A stretch of 64,000 nucleotides of DNA from contig OX597821.1 in assembly GCA_951406725.2 (NCBI GenBank), positions 111,972,001 through 112,036,000 of the forward strand. Reading direction: 5' to 3'. Position numbers and translations under genes: made by a program. Shown here in pieces: positions 11,812-24,665 of this stretch (position 1 is its first letter; the number at the start of each line of letters is the position of its first letter). The notes beneath the pieces were generated by a model that was not told where the DNA came from, ran no database searches, and saw nothing but the letters and a program-made list of their open reading frames with translations. This DNA is from Octopus vulgaris. Its lineage: Eukaryota.

Positions 11812-12180
11812 AAAAGAAGCTTGCTTCCCAACCACATGGTTCTGGGTTCAGTCCCACTGTATGGTACCTTGGGCAAGTGTCTTTTACTATGGCCCCGGGT
11901 TGACCAAAACCATGTGAGTTTGGTAGACAGAAACTGAATGAAGGCCATCATGTGTGTGTGTGTCTGTGTGTGTGTGCATTTTTATTTGAGTTTGTCCTCT
12001 ACTGCTGCTTGACAACAGGTGATGGTTTGTTTATGCCCCTGATACTTAGTGGTTTGTCAAAATGAAACTGATAGAATAAGGACCATACATTCTAAAAAAA
12101 AAAGTTACTTGGGTCAGTTTGTTTGACTAAGCCCTTCAAGGAGGTGCCCCAGCATGGTCACAGTCCAATGACTGATACCA
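11812..12180 (+). mobile_element. SINE family A, near full length
   Basis: 5' module, (TG)n linker and 3' module ending CCCCAGCATGGTCACAGTCCAATGACTGA. Confidence 0.85.
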
Positions 12181-12243
12181 CATACACACACACAGACATA
12201 TGCACATACATGGACATATATGAATTCATTCACACACACAGAC

Positions 12244-12358
12244 ATCATCATCATCATTGTTTAACGTCCGTTTTCCATGCTAGCATGGGTTGGACGGTTC
12301 GACCGGAGTCTGGGAAGTCAGGAGGCTGCTACAAGGCTCCAGTCTGATCTGGCAGTGT
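12244..12358 (-). mobile_element. Family D 3' fragment
   Basis: CATCATCATTGTTTAACGTCCGTTTTCCATGCTAGCATGGGTTGGACGGTTCGACC, near-identical to 36223 and 44621. Confidence 0.85.
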
Positions 12359-12374
12359 TCACATGTATATACAC

Positions 12375-12409
<35 letters not shown>

Positions 12410-12523
12410 GACACACAGGTAGATGGAAAAATAAACAACGTTAGGCCTGAGGGGAAAGTACCTCTGATGGAGAGATAAAGAAATCAATAAGATAGAAAGA
12501 TAAACCAACAAATATAAAAATAA

Positions 12524-12555
<32 letters not shown>

Positions 12556-13476
12556 GTAGGGAGAGACAGAGGAAGACAAAGAAAGAGAGATAGACAGTTA
12601 ACAAGTAAACTATTCCCGAGAGATATGAATTATTGTTCCGGCTTTTAAGATGTCAGTAAACGGGGGAATTCACCTTTAATAACAATCTATGGAAGATATT
12701 GATTAGATTTTTTTTTATTCTACATTTAGGTGTGTGTGTGTGCAGGGGGTGGGGTTGGGGTGGGTGTTCTTTCAGAACATCAAAAAAAAAAAAAATGTAA
12801 AAACAAAAACAAAGTCACAAGACATTTGAAAATGTTTCCTAGCAAACAATTTTTCGCTATTATTTATAATAAGTATAATAGCAGAGTTTCGGTAAACCGA
12901 AATCGCTCATTCTTCTCGTTGGTGTTAATTATGCAACACAACTTTGCAATGAAGAATATAAGAGACTGTTTCGTTACTTGCTTTCTTTCTTTTGTTTTCT
13001 TTGGAAAACAGAGAGTGGGAAGTTGAGAGAGAGAGAAAGAGAGAGAGGGTGATAGAGTGGATGAGAAGAAGGAAAGAAAGGAACCGAAAATAAGAAAAAG
13101 AATTTTTATAGAATCACAAAGGATAAAGTGAGTTCCAGCAATGATTATTAGAGTGGAATTTGTTTTTGTCTTTTTTTTTATGTTCTTCTTGCTCTTTTCT
13201 TTTTGATTTTTTTCTATCTTCGGGAAATGGAAGTTTGCTAGAAGCAGATATAATAAAGTCACTGATTAAAGAGAATTCTGGCTGTGTGAAGCTTTTAAAC
13301 TAATTCCTCACAAGAATTACTAAATAAATAACAGAAAAGAAGGAAAGGAAAGGAAAGAAATATTGGTAAAAATTGAAGAAGTGGCAATAATGGTCTTGAA
13401 ATTGATACAGAACCAGCCTCTTGGCACAAGAATGCAAATGGTTTAGCCAAAGTGATTTTAGTTTTTGTCTAATTTT

Positions 13477-13910
13477 TACTACTACTACTATTACTACTGC
13501 TGCTACTACAACTACTGCTGCTAGTACTACTACTACTACTATTACTGTTACTACCGCTGCTACTACTACTGTTACTGCTAATACTACTACTACTACTACT
13601 ACTACTGCTATTACTGCTACTACTACTGTTATTGCTAATACTACTACTACTACTACTGTTACTGCTACTACTACTACTACTGCTGCTAATACTACTACTA
13701 CTGTTACTACCGCTGCTACTACTACTACTACTACTACTGCTACTACTACTACTACTGTTACTGCTAATACTACTACTACTACTGCTACTGCTAATACTAC
13801 TACTACTGCTACTACTGCTATTACTGCTACTACTTACTACTGTTACTACTGCTGCTACTACTACTACTACTACTACTGTTACTGCTGCTACTACTACTGC
13901 TGCTGCTGCA
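13477..13910. repeat. Compound (TAC/TGC/TGT)n trinucleotide microsatellite
   Basis: About 430 bp of imperfect (TAC)n. Source of the poly-T, poly-L and poly-S ORFs. Confidence 0.95.
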
Positions 13911-14247
13911 CTATCAGTTACGACGACAAGGGTTCCAGTTGATCCAATCAACGGAACAGCCTGCTTGTGAAATTAACGTGCAAGTGGCTGAGCACTCCAC
14001 AGACATGTGTACCCCTTAACGGAGTTCTTGGGGGAGATTCAGCATGACACAGAGTGTAACAAGGCTGGCCCCTTTGAAAATACAGATACAACAGAAACAG
14101 GAAGAAAGACTGAGAGAAAGCTGTGGTGAAAGAATACAGCAGGGTTTACCACCAGCCCTTGCTGGAGCCTTATGGGGCTTTAAGTATTTTCACTCGATAA
14201 ACACTCACAATGCCCGGTCCGGGAATTGAAACTGCGTTCCTATGACT
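13909..14247 (-). mobile_element. SINE family C
   Basis: Reverse complement aligns along its length with 6137-6521. Confidence 0.88.
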
Positions 14248-14409
14248 GCAAGTCCAACTTTTTTAGTCAAACAAATTAACCCCAGTACTTATTCTTTGTA
14301 AGCTTGGTACTTATTCTATCAGGCTCTTTTGCCGGACTGCTAAGTGACGGGGATGTAAATACACCAACATCAGTTGTCAAGTGATGGTGGGAGGACAAAA
14401 CACAGACAC

Positions 14410-14455
<46 letters not shown>

Positions 14456-14467
14456 TTATATATCTAT

Positions 14468-14670
14468 AGGGAGAGTTTATGAAAAAAACAAAAGATGAAG
14501 ACAAGAAAACAAACAGATGTATTAGTATAACGCTCAGGAATAGAAAAAGTCTTTTACGTTTCGAGCCTACGCTCTTCTACAGAAAGGGACACAGAAAAAA
14601 AACAAGGAGAGAAAATAATGTGTAGTGGCTAACGATCTATCATGGCGACTGACTCGGACAGAAGGGCCAT
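14468..14670 (-). mobile_element. Penelope-like repeat carrying a CUGUAGA hammerhead-like motif (14549-14590)
   Basis: Minus strand: GUCC CUUU CUGUAGA A GAGC guag GCUC GAAA CG UA AAAG AC. Homologous copies at 26486 and 63373. All lie in (TA)/(CA) microsatellites. Confidence 0.7.
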
Positions 14671-15748
14671 ACAGACACACATATGTGCATATACACACAC
14701 ATATTATAAGATGGGCTTCTTTTCAGTTTCTGCCTAGCAAATGTCAACATCATGTGATGGTGGTAAGCAGACATAGGTTCATTTGCAATCTACCATGAGA
14801 AAGTGAATGACCATAGAGAAATATTATTTGGAAGTAGACAAGAGTTTGTAACAGGAAGAGCATCCAACTACAGAAGATCTGCCGCAGCGAATTCTGTCTG
14901 ACCCACGCAAGCATAGAAAAGTGGAAGTTAAAACAACGATGATGATTACCATTATCCCATAGAAGACGGTAGGAAGTTATCTTTGTATTCCATGATGAGA
15001 ATTCCAAGCCATGAACAACATAGCATTCATCAGAGAATTTCACCAGAAATTGTCCCTAAACTTAATGGCATTTGAGAAAATTTGACTGCTATTTCTAGCA
15101 GGTTGGGAAACTGTACAGAAGCTTCCTCATGTGTATGCAGTAGTAAGGCTTGATTGGTTAAAAACTGTTTTGATGGTTGTTGTTTATTTTTTCACATTTG
15201 TTTTTTTTTTCTTTTTGCTCCTTCCTGCTTATTTTACCGAAAGTCTGAGAGAAGCAAAACTAAACAAATATGGAACCTAAGAACTCAGTGAAGGAATGGT
15301 TTCTGTTTTTGCTTTTAATTTCACATGTTCGTCATTAACCAGAAATAAATCAAAATACCTCAAGTTATTCAGTGCTTAAATTTTAATTATAAAATCCCTC
15401 AAGAAGAAAATTGGAATTTAAAAAAAAAAAAAAACTTTGCAAGAACTGTTGCTGTTAAAATTAATGGTATGTCTTCAAAATATATCTATTTGGATTCAAT
15501 GTTTCCTGCTGTACTCCCACACCCCACCCCAAATCACGATCCAACCAATTAGCACCAACTCAAGTACTCTTTGACTCTATGCAAAAATGCATGGTTTAGT
15601 GGGTAGGATATTTGGCTTGTGGTCATGTAGTTCTAAGTTCAATTCCTAGAAGTGCATAGTGTCCCTGAGCAAGCACTTTATTTCACATAACTTGGGTCAG
15701 CCTTCTCCCATCCTGTGTTGCTCTGAATCTCCCTGAGAACTACATTAA

Positions 15749-15970
15749 CCCTTTCCATACCAACCTGGCTGAAACCGCTTCTGGCTCTGTAGTACAAATA
15801 TCTTGTTTTCATAAGTTCTGAATTAAAATCTTCCACCAAACCTTAGTCACAATTTATGCTCCTAACACTAGCTGAATGATAACTAAGTTATTTTACTAAA
15901 TTCTTTGTTATATTTAAGATTAATTGAAAGAGACACATATCATCTGAACAGAAATACAGTAATGAAAGGG
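15749..15970. mobile_element. piggyBac-type MITE, family 1, copy 1
   Basis: TTAA|CCCTTTCCATAC ... GTAATGAAAGGG|TTAA. Confidence 0.85.
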
Positions 15971-16124
15971 TTAAGAAGAAAAATAATCAGCAGAAGACAT
16001 GAGAGAAGGAGACCTCAGCGTGGTCACTTTATATGCTAGAAATAATAGCCTAAATTTCCTTTGATCTATATGCCCTTCCAACTGCTTCTAATGTCAATCT
16101 ACCCAAATGTAGAGGTGTGTTTAA

Positions 16125-16345
16125 CCCTTTCGATACCAACTTGGCTGACACTACCTCTGGCTCTGAGTACAAATATCTTGTTTTCATAAGTTTTGAATTA
16201 AAATCTTCCACTAAACCTTAGTCACAATTTATGTTCCTAACACTAGCTGAATGGTAACCAAGTTATTTTACTAAATTCTTTGTTATATTTAAGATTAATT
16301 GAAAGAAACACAGAGCATCTCAACAGACATATGGTAACAAAAGGG
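16125..16345. mobile_element. piggyBac-type MITE, family 1, copy 2 (direct orientation)
   Basis: TTAA|CCCTTTCGATACCA ... TGGTAACAAAAGGG|TTGA; highly similar to copy 1. Confidence 0.85.
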
Positions 16346-16707
16346 TTGAGGGCATGAGTGTCTGTGGTGCCCTCAGCTGCATGCACATTAATTTGATGAG
16401 CAGGCGGTTTCGTTCATCGAATCAACTAGAACGCTAATTGACAAAGTGCCAATTTACTTTCTCCAACAACCAACCACCTTACCACAACTATAGATCTATT
16501 CCTCTCATCTTATTTACCAAATTCCTTGTCTTGAATCATTGGTAACTCCATTCCATTCTCCCTGAGTTATAGGGGCCACTTCAGATCTTTTAGCCTCACA
16601 AGTTATAAGGTGGTCTTCACTAATGCTGGGGCCATCAAGAAAGCACCCAGTAACAGACTTGTTCTAACCCATGCAAACATGGAGAAATGGACATAATAAT
16701 CCTGATT

Positions 16708-17274
16708 ACATTGACCCCAGTGTTTCACTGTTACTTAATTAACTGACCCCAAAAGGATGAAGGCAGAGTCGACCTCGGAGGAATTTGAACTCAGAACATA
16801 GCGACAGACAAAATACCACTAAGCGTTTCGCCTGGCGTGCTAACAATTCTGCCAGCTCACCACCTTAGAAATGAACATAATAATGAACATCCAAGGTGTA
16901 GCTGTGTAGTTAAGAAACTTGCATCTTAATGATGGAGGTCTTGGGTTCAATCTCACTGCTTGGCACCCTGGACAAGTGTCTTTTCTTATAAACTCGAGCC
17001 TCATATAAACTCGAGCCTCATATAAACTCATGCCTTGTCAGTGGATTTCACAGACAGAAACTGGATTTGGCAGAAGCCCATTGTGTGTGTATATATATAT
17101 CATCATCATCATCATTGTTTAACGTCCATTTTCCATGCTGGCATGGGTTGGACGGTTTGACTGAAGTCTGGAGATCCAGGAGGCTGCACCAGACTTCAGT
17201 CTTATCTGGCAAGTTTTCTACTGCTGGATGCTCTTCTTGATGCCAACCACTCTGAGAGTGTAGTGGGTGCTTTG

Positions 17275-17326
<52 letters not shown>

Positions 17327-17700
17327 TTGTATTCTTTTACTTGTTTCAGTCATTTGATTGTGGATATGCTGGAGCACCACCTCTAGTCAAACAAATCGAC
17401 CCCAGGACTTATTCTTTGTAAGTCTAGTATTTATTCTATCCATCTCTTTTGCCAAACCGCTAAGTTACAGGGACGTAAACACAGTAACATCAGTTGTCAA
17501 GCAAACACAGATACACAAATACATACACACATATATATATATATACGACAGACTTCTTCCAGTTTTCTGTCTACCAAATCCACTCACAAAGCTTTAGTTG
17601 GCCCAAGGCTACAGTGGAAGACACTTGCCCAAGGTACCATGCAGTGGGACTGAACCCAGAACCATGTGGTAGAGAGCTAGCTTCTTACCACACAGCCACT
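16708..17700. mobile_element. SINE cluster: B (-, 16708-16866), A (+, 16893-17083), D (-, 17101-17272), A (-, 17333-17700)
   Basis: Each segment matches other copies in the window. The plus-strand A copy has an internal 17-bp tandem repeat TATAAACTCGAGCCTCA (~16987-17035). Confidence 0.85.
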
Positions 17701-17727
17701 CATAATATATATATATATATATATATA

Positions 17728-17825
17728 GAAAGGCCACCTGGAAGCCCTCCACGATGAAGGGAAGATGGTTTAGTTAAGTAGTTTGGGTCAAGATGGAAAA
17801 GAATGGCACAAGACAGATTTGGAAG
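17728..17825 (+). pseudogene. Decayed RTE-clade LINE ORF C-terminal fragment
   Basis: One frame reads ERPPGSPPR*REDGLVK*FGSRWKRMAQDR, matching the RTE pattern R.RGRP..RW.D...W...AQDR. Confidence 0.6.
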
Positions 17826-17881
17826 TGCATTGTGACCAGTGTTGTATAACATCTGATGATCTGGATGATACTGTGATATGT

Positions 17882-17916
<35 letters not shown>

Positions 17917-18874
17917 CCCATGGCTCAGCAGTAAGGTGATGGTTCTAAACGAGCATCACCATCATACAAGCTATGTTGTTCATTTGCAATCTTCTATAAA
18001 CAAAAATAAAAGAGAAAATAAAAAAGGCAAAAACATCAGGTCAGGAGGGAAATATGGCAAAAGGAAGGGCATCTGGCCTTAGAAAATCTTCCTTGATAAA
18101 TTCAGTCCAACACATGCTAGCGAGGAAGTGTATACATCAAAATGATGATGATGATGATGATGGTTTTTCATTGCATTGCTGTAATAAATTGAGTCTGATA
18201 TTCTTTAAGGAATGATAATTTTAAGTAATCAAGAGTGATGATTAAACTCTGACAAATTTCGTTAATCATTTGCAATAAGCTGCTACTCTCTCTAATAATA
18301 TTCAGTTTCTTTTTAATTAAGTTCAGTTGCTAAGTCAGCACTGGTTGAGGTTCTCTGGATCACACTAGTATATACGAAGAGGAAAAACTTCATTTTATAA
18401 CTGAGAATATTTCTTTAGATTTTATTTTAAAATGAAATAAAATGAAAATTGCAGTAAAAAGAAAAAAAAATAGGAAAAAAAAGATGCTATCTTTTTTCTT
18501 TGAGATAAGCTTTAGCTGACTGAACTCTTTCGAAAATTTTGGATAAAAATTAAAAAAGAACCTAAAACCCACCAAATAAAAAAGTTCTTGAAATGAATGT
18601 AGATTTGTAGGTAAAATATACGTTTGTACGCACACACAAAGACGCACACGTATATAGACATATGTAAAGACACACGGACAAAAAAATAAATACACGTATA
18701 AACAGATATATAAATAAATAGCATTGATAAGTAAAAAGTTTTGATGGAAATTTTGATAAGACTGTGGAATTCTAAAAGAACCTTAAAATATATTTTAGTT
18801 GTTCAAAGTAAAGATGAAAAGATTGAATGGTGATATATTTAGATGTGGAAGGATCAATCTTAAAAATATACAAA

Positions 18875-18915
<41 letters not shown>

Positions 18916-19935
18916 CATTTAAAAAAATTATATTTTTTGTTTCTATTTTAACCACTCCATCACCGTTTCTGTCTCTGCATCTCTCTCTCTTTATCTTCTT
19001 TAATTGTGAATGAAATATCCAAGCTACTAAGTTTTATTTATTTACTACACTCGGGCATGAATTTAGAGTGGTTTCCATTTTTATTTACTCAAATGTTACC
19101 TAGAAATGGAAAAATAAAATATAACACATCCAGAATCATCACTATTTATCAGAATATTAAAAATAACAACAACAAACAACAACTTCAACAAAATACAAAA
19201 TATATTACAAATATATTTCGCTGTTTATGTTGTTATTTTATATATTTTTCTCCTCATCCTTTCCAGTTTTGCATATCCATTTCAATATTTTCAATCAGTG
19301 GATCAAACAAAGTTATTTGGAACACTAACATCAGATAGAGATATAGAATTGGAAGCAAAGCACTGCTACAAAGAATGAACCAAAGAAATATCTGCTGAGT
19401 TTATTATTTCAAAAATAAAATAACCTTTTTTTTCTTTTCTTTTTCCGAAATACAAAAAGCTTTGGCTTATGTGAAATTTATATTTTCTTTTGCATGTTTT
19501 TGTTTATAATATTTAGTTATACCTATGTTATTACACTCAACTAAATCCTACACTAATTCCCACATTAGTTTTCGGTTTTTTTCATTAAAACATTTGAAAT
19601 TTTTATGCTAAAACACCTCTTAGAAAATAACATCAGTAATTTTAAAACAGGTTGCCATGTTTTAATATCCCTTAGATGCCTTTGTTCTCAGAATTTTACA
19701 CACAACAGTCCACAAAAAGAAAAAACAAAAATAATAATAATAATAATAATAATAATGAAAATAACGATAGTAGTAATAATAATAAATAAATAAATAAATG
19801 ATTTATTTGCTGTATGAAAACTGGATCAATAAAATAACATTTGTGGATTGAAAACACTGAAGCATTGTTTCCCTAACGAAACATTTTTTTTAAAAGCAAC
19901 GGCTACTATAAATAATGCTTACTGATCGCCATGCC

Positions 19936-20144
19936 TTATATATATATATACACATACATATATATATATAATACATATAAATATATATGAAAATGTCTGT
20001 GTATATATATATATATATACACACATATGTATATACATACATACACACACACATATATATATATATACACACACACATATGTATATACATACATACACAC
20101 ATATATATATATATATATACACACACATATGTATATACATACAT

Positions 20145-20179
<35 letters not shown>

Positions 20180-20291
20180 AATGTGTGTTTATCTGCATCA
20201 ATATTTCCATATATATATATAAGTGTGCATATATTTACCCACATACATATTTTTAATCTATACTCATGTATATACATAAGTATATATACAT

Positions 20292-20358
<67 letters not shown>

Positions 20359-20410
20359 CACCGACACACACAAACACACATGTATATATATATGTCTATG
20401 TGCATATATT
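19936..20410. repeat. (TA)/(CA) compound microsatellite
   Basis: Alternating purine-pyrimidine tract with a ~45-bp higher-order repeat. Confidence 0.95.
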
Positions 20411-20891
20411 CCAAAAGAAGAAAAATACAAAAAGATGGAGGTTTCAATCAAGAAAAGTTAAAAATGTAAAAATGTAACCCTCCCCCCACCCCCTCCCCAA
20501 TACAAAAATACAAAAACAAAACACATATCTGTTTAAAGCTAATAAATCAATCATTATTGATAAAAGTGATTAAACAAAAAAATTTCTATCTGACCAATCA
20601 CAGACATGTAAATCAATCAAACCTGTCCGAACCATTATTTTATTCCAGGCACCACCACCACCAGCCAGGTAAAAAAACCTCCCCAACGTCTCTCCATAAT
20701 CTTCAGCTTGGGTGGTGGTGGTGGGGTTTGGAAGGTTCTGGTGGCGGAAAATTGTTTTAGGAGTTTATTGACGTAATGAATAGCTAAATTATTAAAATTC
20801 TCAATGACTGATGACTGACAATGAATGTTGAATCCATCTATCATTCCAAAAGCAAATACTAATTTAGTCGAGTGAAAAAGATTCGAGTTCG

Positions 20892-21107
20892 CTCGTTGCC
20901 AGTACTGCCCGACTGGCCCCCATGTCGGTGGCACGTAAAAAGCACCCACTACTCTCGGAGTGGTTGGCATTAGGGAGGGCATCCAGCTGTAGAAACTCTG
21001 CCAAATCAAGATTGGAGCCTGGTGCAGCTGTCTGGTTCGCCAGCCCTCAGTCAAAATCGTCCAACCCATGCGAGCAAGGAAAGTAGATGTTAAACGATGA
21101 CGATGAT
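20892..21107 (+). mobile_element. Family D element
   Basis: GGCACGTAAAAAGCACCCACTAC...GTTGGCATTAGGGAGGGCATCCAGCTGTAGAAAC...GTTAAACGATGACGATGAT. Confidence 0.85.
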
Positions 21108-21228
21108 GTACCTGCTTATCTGATTGACTAGCTTCAGGTAGGGTCTGGTGTTGTATTCCCCAGTTGTCAGTATATTCCTGGGTCCTCCCAGGTGGCCCCT
21201 TCAGCAGAGTCTCAGTTACCTCTTCATC

Positions 21229-21349
21229 TGCCATGACCATGTGGTCAACCAACAAGAGCCATCAACAACGCCAAATCCTCAGTGGAAAGAACATGGTAAG
21301 CTGGGTTTAACTTGGAAAATCAAACAATGTGGCCAAACAGTCTGAGCTT
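21229..21349 (-). pseudogene. Decayed RTE-clade LINE fragment
   Basis: Minus frame KLRLFGHIV*FSKLNPAYHVLSTED...VG*PH matches the RTE pattern RLR.FGHV.R...P....L....GRP, with R to stop at CpG positions. Confidence 0.6.
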
Positions 21350-21429
21350 GTATGATTAAGATACTATCCTCCACCAAATAGAAAAACACCGCTGAGCTAG
21401 AAATAGCAGCTAAAGGCCACTCAAATTAC

Positions 21430-21668
21430 ATTATTTACATTTAACGTATATTTGTCCTCATCTTGTTTGTTGTTAACACATTTCGGCTGATATACCCTCC
21501 AGCCTTCATCAGGTGTCTTGGGAATGAGAACCCAGGTTCGAAATTTCCCCAAGACACCTGATGAAGGCTGGAGGGTATATCAGCCGAAATGTGTCAACAA
21601 CAAACAAGATGAGGACAAATATCCGTCGAATGTAAATAATTCCTCATCTCTTAAATATAGAACTGTGT
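21430..21668. mobile_element. Fold-back (inverted) Penelope-like insertion with two hammerhead motifs and a 12-bp TSD
   Basis: About 90-bp near-perfect inverted arms, each with CTGATGAAGGCTG..CAGCCGAAA. TSD CACTCAAATTAC at 21418-21429 and 21669-21680. Same family as 2907-3218. Confidence 0.88.
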
Positions 21669-22505
21669 CACTCAAATTACTACATCGTTAAAATAAGGAG
21701 AAGCTGAACTTTGTGAATCAGGTGATATTGGGTAACGTCCACCTAAATACATTCTTATTGTTTCTTTTATTTGTTGCAGTGGATTATGGCCATACAGGGG
21801 CATTGCTTACAAGGGTTTTGGTCATTGAAGAAATTGGTTGTGAGACAATTTCTATGTCTAGTATTTATCTTATCAGTCTCTGTTTTGTTGAATTGTTATG
21901 CTATGGAATATAAACAAACCAACACCGGTCATCAAGTGATGACTGGCACAGACAGAAAGATCTTGTTTTAACATCCACTTTCCCAAGCTTGCATTGGTCG
22001 GGCAGAATTCGCCAAAGCAGAATTTCCTATGGCTGGATGCCTTTCCAATCACCAACCTTCACCTGTTTCCAAGCATGGCTTAATATTCCTCCACAGCCCC
22101 GACATGTTTCTCAGACAGCCGGAACCCAACAATATTGCTTGTATGATGGTAAGAGAAGGGAGAAAGAATATGGAGAAAACGTGAAGGTGGGGTGGGTGAT
22201 GCCAGGGGGGTGGGGTTGTACATTCAAGTTTCAGAAAGGTGTATATAAGTGAAGAGCAACTAAGGAATGTATAGGGTGAGTTGGTGGGTAAGTTCACGAG
22301 ATTGCAAAAGGAGAGTGGGACCCGGATGTTATAGTAGAAGACATTCAGGCAAGGTGCTGTGCAATGGAACTGAACTCAGGACCACTTGGTTGGAAAACAA
22401 GTTTCTCAACCACTCAACTTCTCTGGATTTGAAATGCAGCAGGATCAAAGAAATAACAATTTGGACTGGAACCGAATTCTACCTTTGTTATATGAGAATT
22501 TAATT

Positions 22506-23092
22506 CTTCAAATTGAGCCAATTGGCAGGAGGCCTCGGAACAGACCACGAACAAGATGAGAGGATAATATCCATAGGTTCAATTTGACACACTTCGGAAT
22601 CCAACAGGAAATTTTAATAATGGTTGCTTCTAATAGGACCTTATTAGAACCTATAGAAGAGGGGGCTTCTGATAACATTCTACAGAAGAGTGGGTTCTGA
22701 TAAGATCCTATAGGGAAGGGGCTTCTGATAGGACCCTATAGAACAAGGGCTTCTGTTAATATCCTATAGAAGAGGGGCTTCTGATAAGATCCTATAAAAG
22801 AGAGGCTTATGTTAAGATCATACAGAAGAGGGGGTTCTGTTAAGATCCTATAGAAGAGGGGCTTCTGATAGGACCCTATAGAAGAGGGGGTTCTGTTAAG
22901 GTCCTATAGAAGAGGGGGTTCTGATAGGACCCTATAGAAGTGCTTCTGATAAGATCCTATAGAAAAGGGGATTCTGATAAGATCCTATAGAGGAGGGGCT
23001 TCTGATAGGACTTTACAGAAGTGGTGCCCGAGGACTTTACCCCCATCCTCACACCCCTTCCAGGAATAATGGGTGGAGAAGCTGGATGGATA
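22506..23092 (+). pseudogene. RTE-clade LINE 3' end, interrupted by a minisatellite
   Basis: LQIEPIGRRPRNRPRTR*EDNIHRFNLTHFGIQQEILIMVASNRTL before the array; SDRTLQKWCPRTLPPSSHPFQE* and a (TGGA)n-like tail after it. Confidence 0.7.
22626..23022 (+). repeat. 28-bp minisatellite, about 14 units
   Basis: Consensus GCTTCTGATAAGATCCTATAGAAGAGGG, head to tail, no spacers. Confidence 0.93.
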
Positions 23093-24089
23093 TGCAACAG
23101 GAGAATTATGAAACGAAGAATTTACTAGAATTACAAGAGAACCAATTTAATGAACTTTAACTTCAAATCAACCATTATTCTAGACTGCAGAATCTACCAA
23201 ACTAGTACCATTTTTTAAATCAAATTTTGAAAGATTTTATCAAAAATTCAGGAGAAAAAAAAAACAAAAAAGAAAAAAAGCCCCAATTATCTCAGTTATG
23301 AAATAAATAAATAAATAAATAAATAAATAGATGAAGAAATAGATAAATGTAGGGGGATAGGCAAGGGGGTCGAAAAACTAAGATAAAACGATATATATGA
23401 AATGTAAAAAAAATTATAAAAGAAAATTTTCATGAACAATGTGTGAAGATGAATCTGGTTAATCTAGTCAAAGAACGGATAGAAAGGAGAATACACACAC
23501 ACACACATATTCCTACACACGTATATATACACATATACATACATATATAGATAGATATACACATGCACAAATACACGCACACATATACATGCAGGGTAAG
23601 GTAACAGCTAAAATGGTTTTAACCTTTTCTGGCAATTGATAATTTTATGCATGGCAACAAGGGTGAAGCTAAAAGGTCACCAACTGACTGACTTTTATCT
23701 CCTCACCTAGATAAGAGGTCTAAAATGATTGAAGAGTTCTTTTATTGTAAAGAAACTAAGACAAACCAATGGTCTCCCTTACATACCAAGCAAGGTGTGT
23801 GTGTGTGTGTGTGTCTGCGCTTATGGATATATGCGTGTGCGATAAGATACCTATTAAGTTTTCTTTCTCATAGACCGAAATGCATGCGGCACATGAAGTA
23901 TGCGTTCATGTAAGTTCATGGAAGAGATACAAATACAAATACACACACACACACACACATTGTACTTATATATACATAAAAATGAGGAAAATAAATACCA
24001 TTTTGTTTTTTTTCTTGCTTTCTCCTAACTGCATATATTTTAGCAATGAACACATTTACATTTAATGTAACAAATGTACTTTCTAAACA

Positions 24090-24091
24090 AT

Positions 24092-24125
<34 letters not shown>

Positions 24126-24155
24126 TGTATGTATATATGTGTATATATATGTGTA

Positions 24156-24239
<84 letters not shown>

Positions 24240-24360
24240 TACATACATGTACAGGTATACACATTCACATTTATACAGCATTGGTTTGATATATATATAT
24301 ATATACACACACTTACACATACAAACATGCATATATGTGTGTGTACCTATACAAATGCAT

Positions 24361-24395
<35 letters not shown>

Positions 24396-24467
24396 GGGAT
24401 GCATATAAATATATACATAAGTATATACCTATACATACATACACACACACATATATGTATCTGTGTG

Positions 24468-24505
<38 letters not shown>

Positions 24506-24665
24506 TACACACGCACACATATATACATATAAATGCATGTGTGTGTATCTCCACTGATGTGTGTGTTTTTGCCATTCATGCATCTATAGATGTGTGTGTG
24601 TGTGTGTGCACGTGTTTGTATGTGTGTATTCACATATGCCCATCCGTACGTACAACCATACATAC
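24090..24665. repeat. (TA)/(CA)/(TG) compound microsatellite
   Basis: Low-complexity alternating tract. Confidence 0.93.

Larger units (their letters stand above)
15588..16435 (+). mobile_element. Decayed SINE (E-type head, C-type tail) split at its TTAA by a 597-bp insertion
   Basis: ...CCCTGAGAACTACATTAA| and |TTGAGGGCATGAGTGTCTGTGG... rejoin to match family C CCCGAGAACTATGTTAAGGGTGCACGTGTCTGTGG (6391-6425). Confidence 0.7.

Noticed and set aside
13421-13970. Mucin-like poly-Thr ORF (also 61158-61679)
   Set aside because: (TAC)n microsatellite running into a SINE; no signal peptide or splice support.
20635-21255. 206-aa minus-strand ORF
   Set aside because: Stitched across an off-frame LINE remnant, a family D repeat and unique DNA; not a coherent gene.
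22626-23022. CRISPR-like array of 28-bp partly palindromic repeats
   Set aside because: Units are contiguous with no unique spacers, there are no cas genes and the context is eukaryotic. It is a minisatellite derived from LINE sequence.
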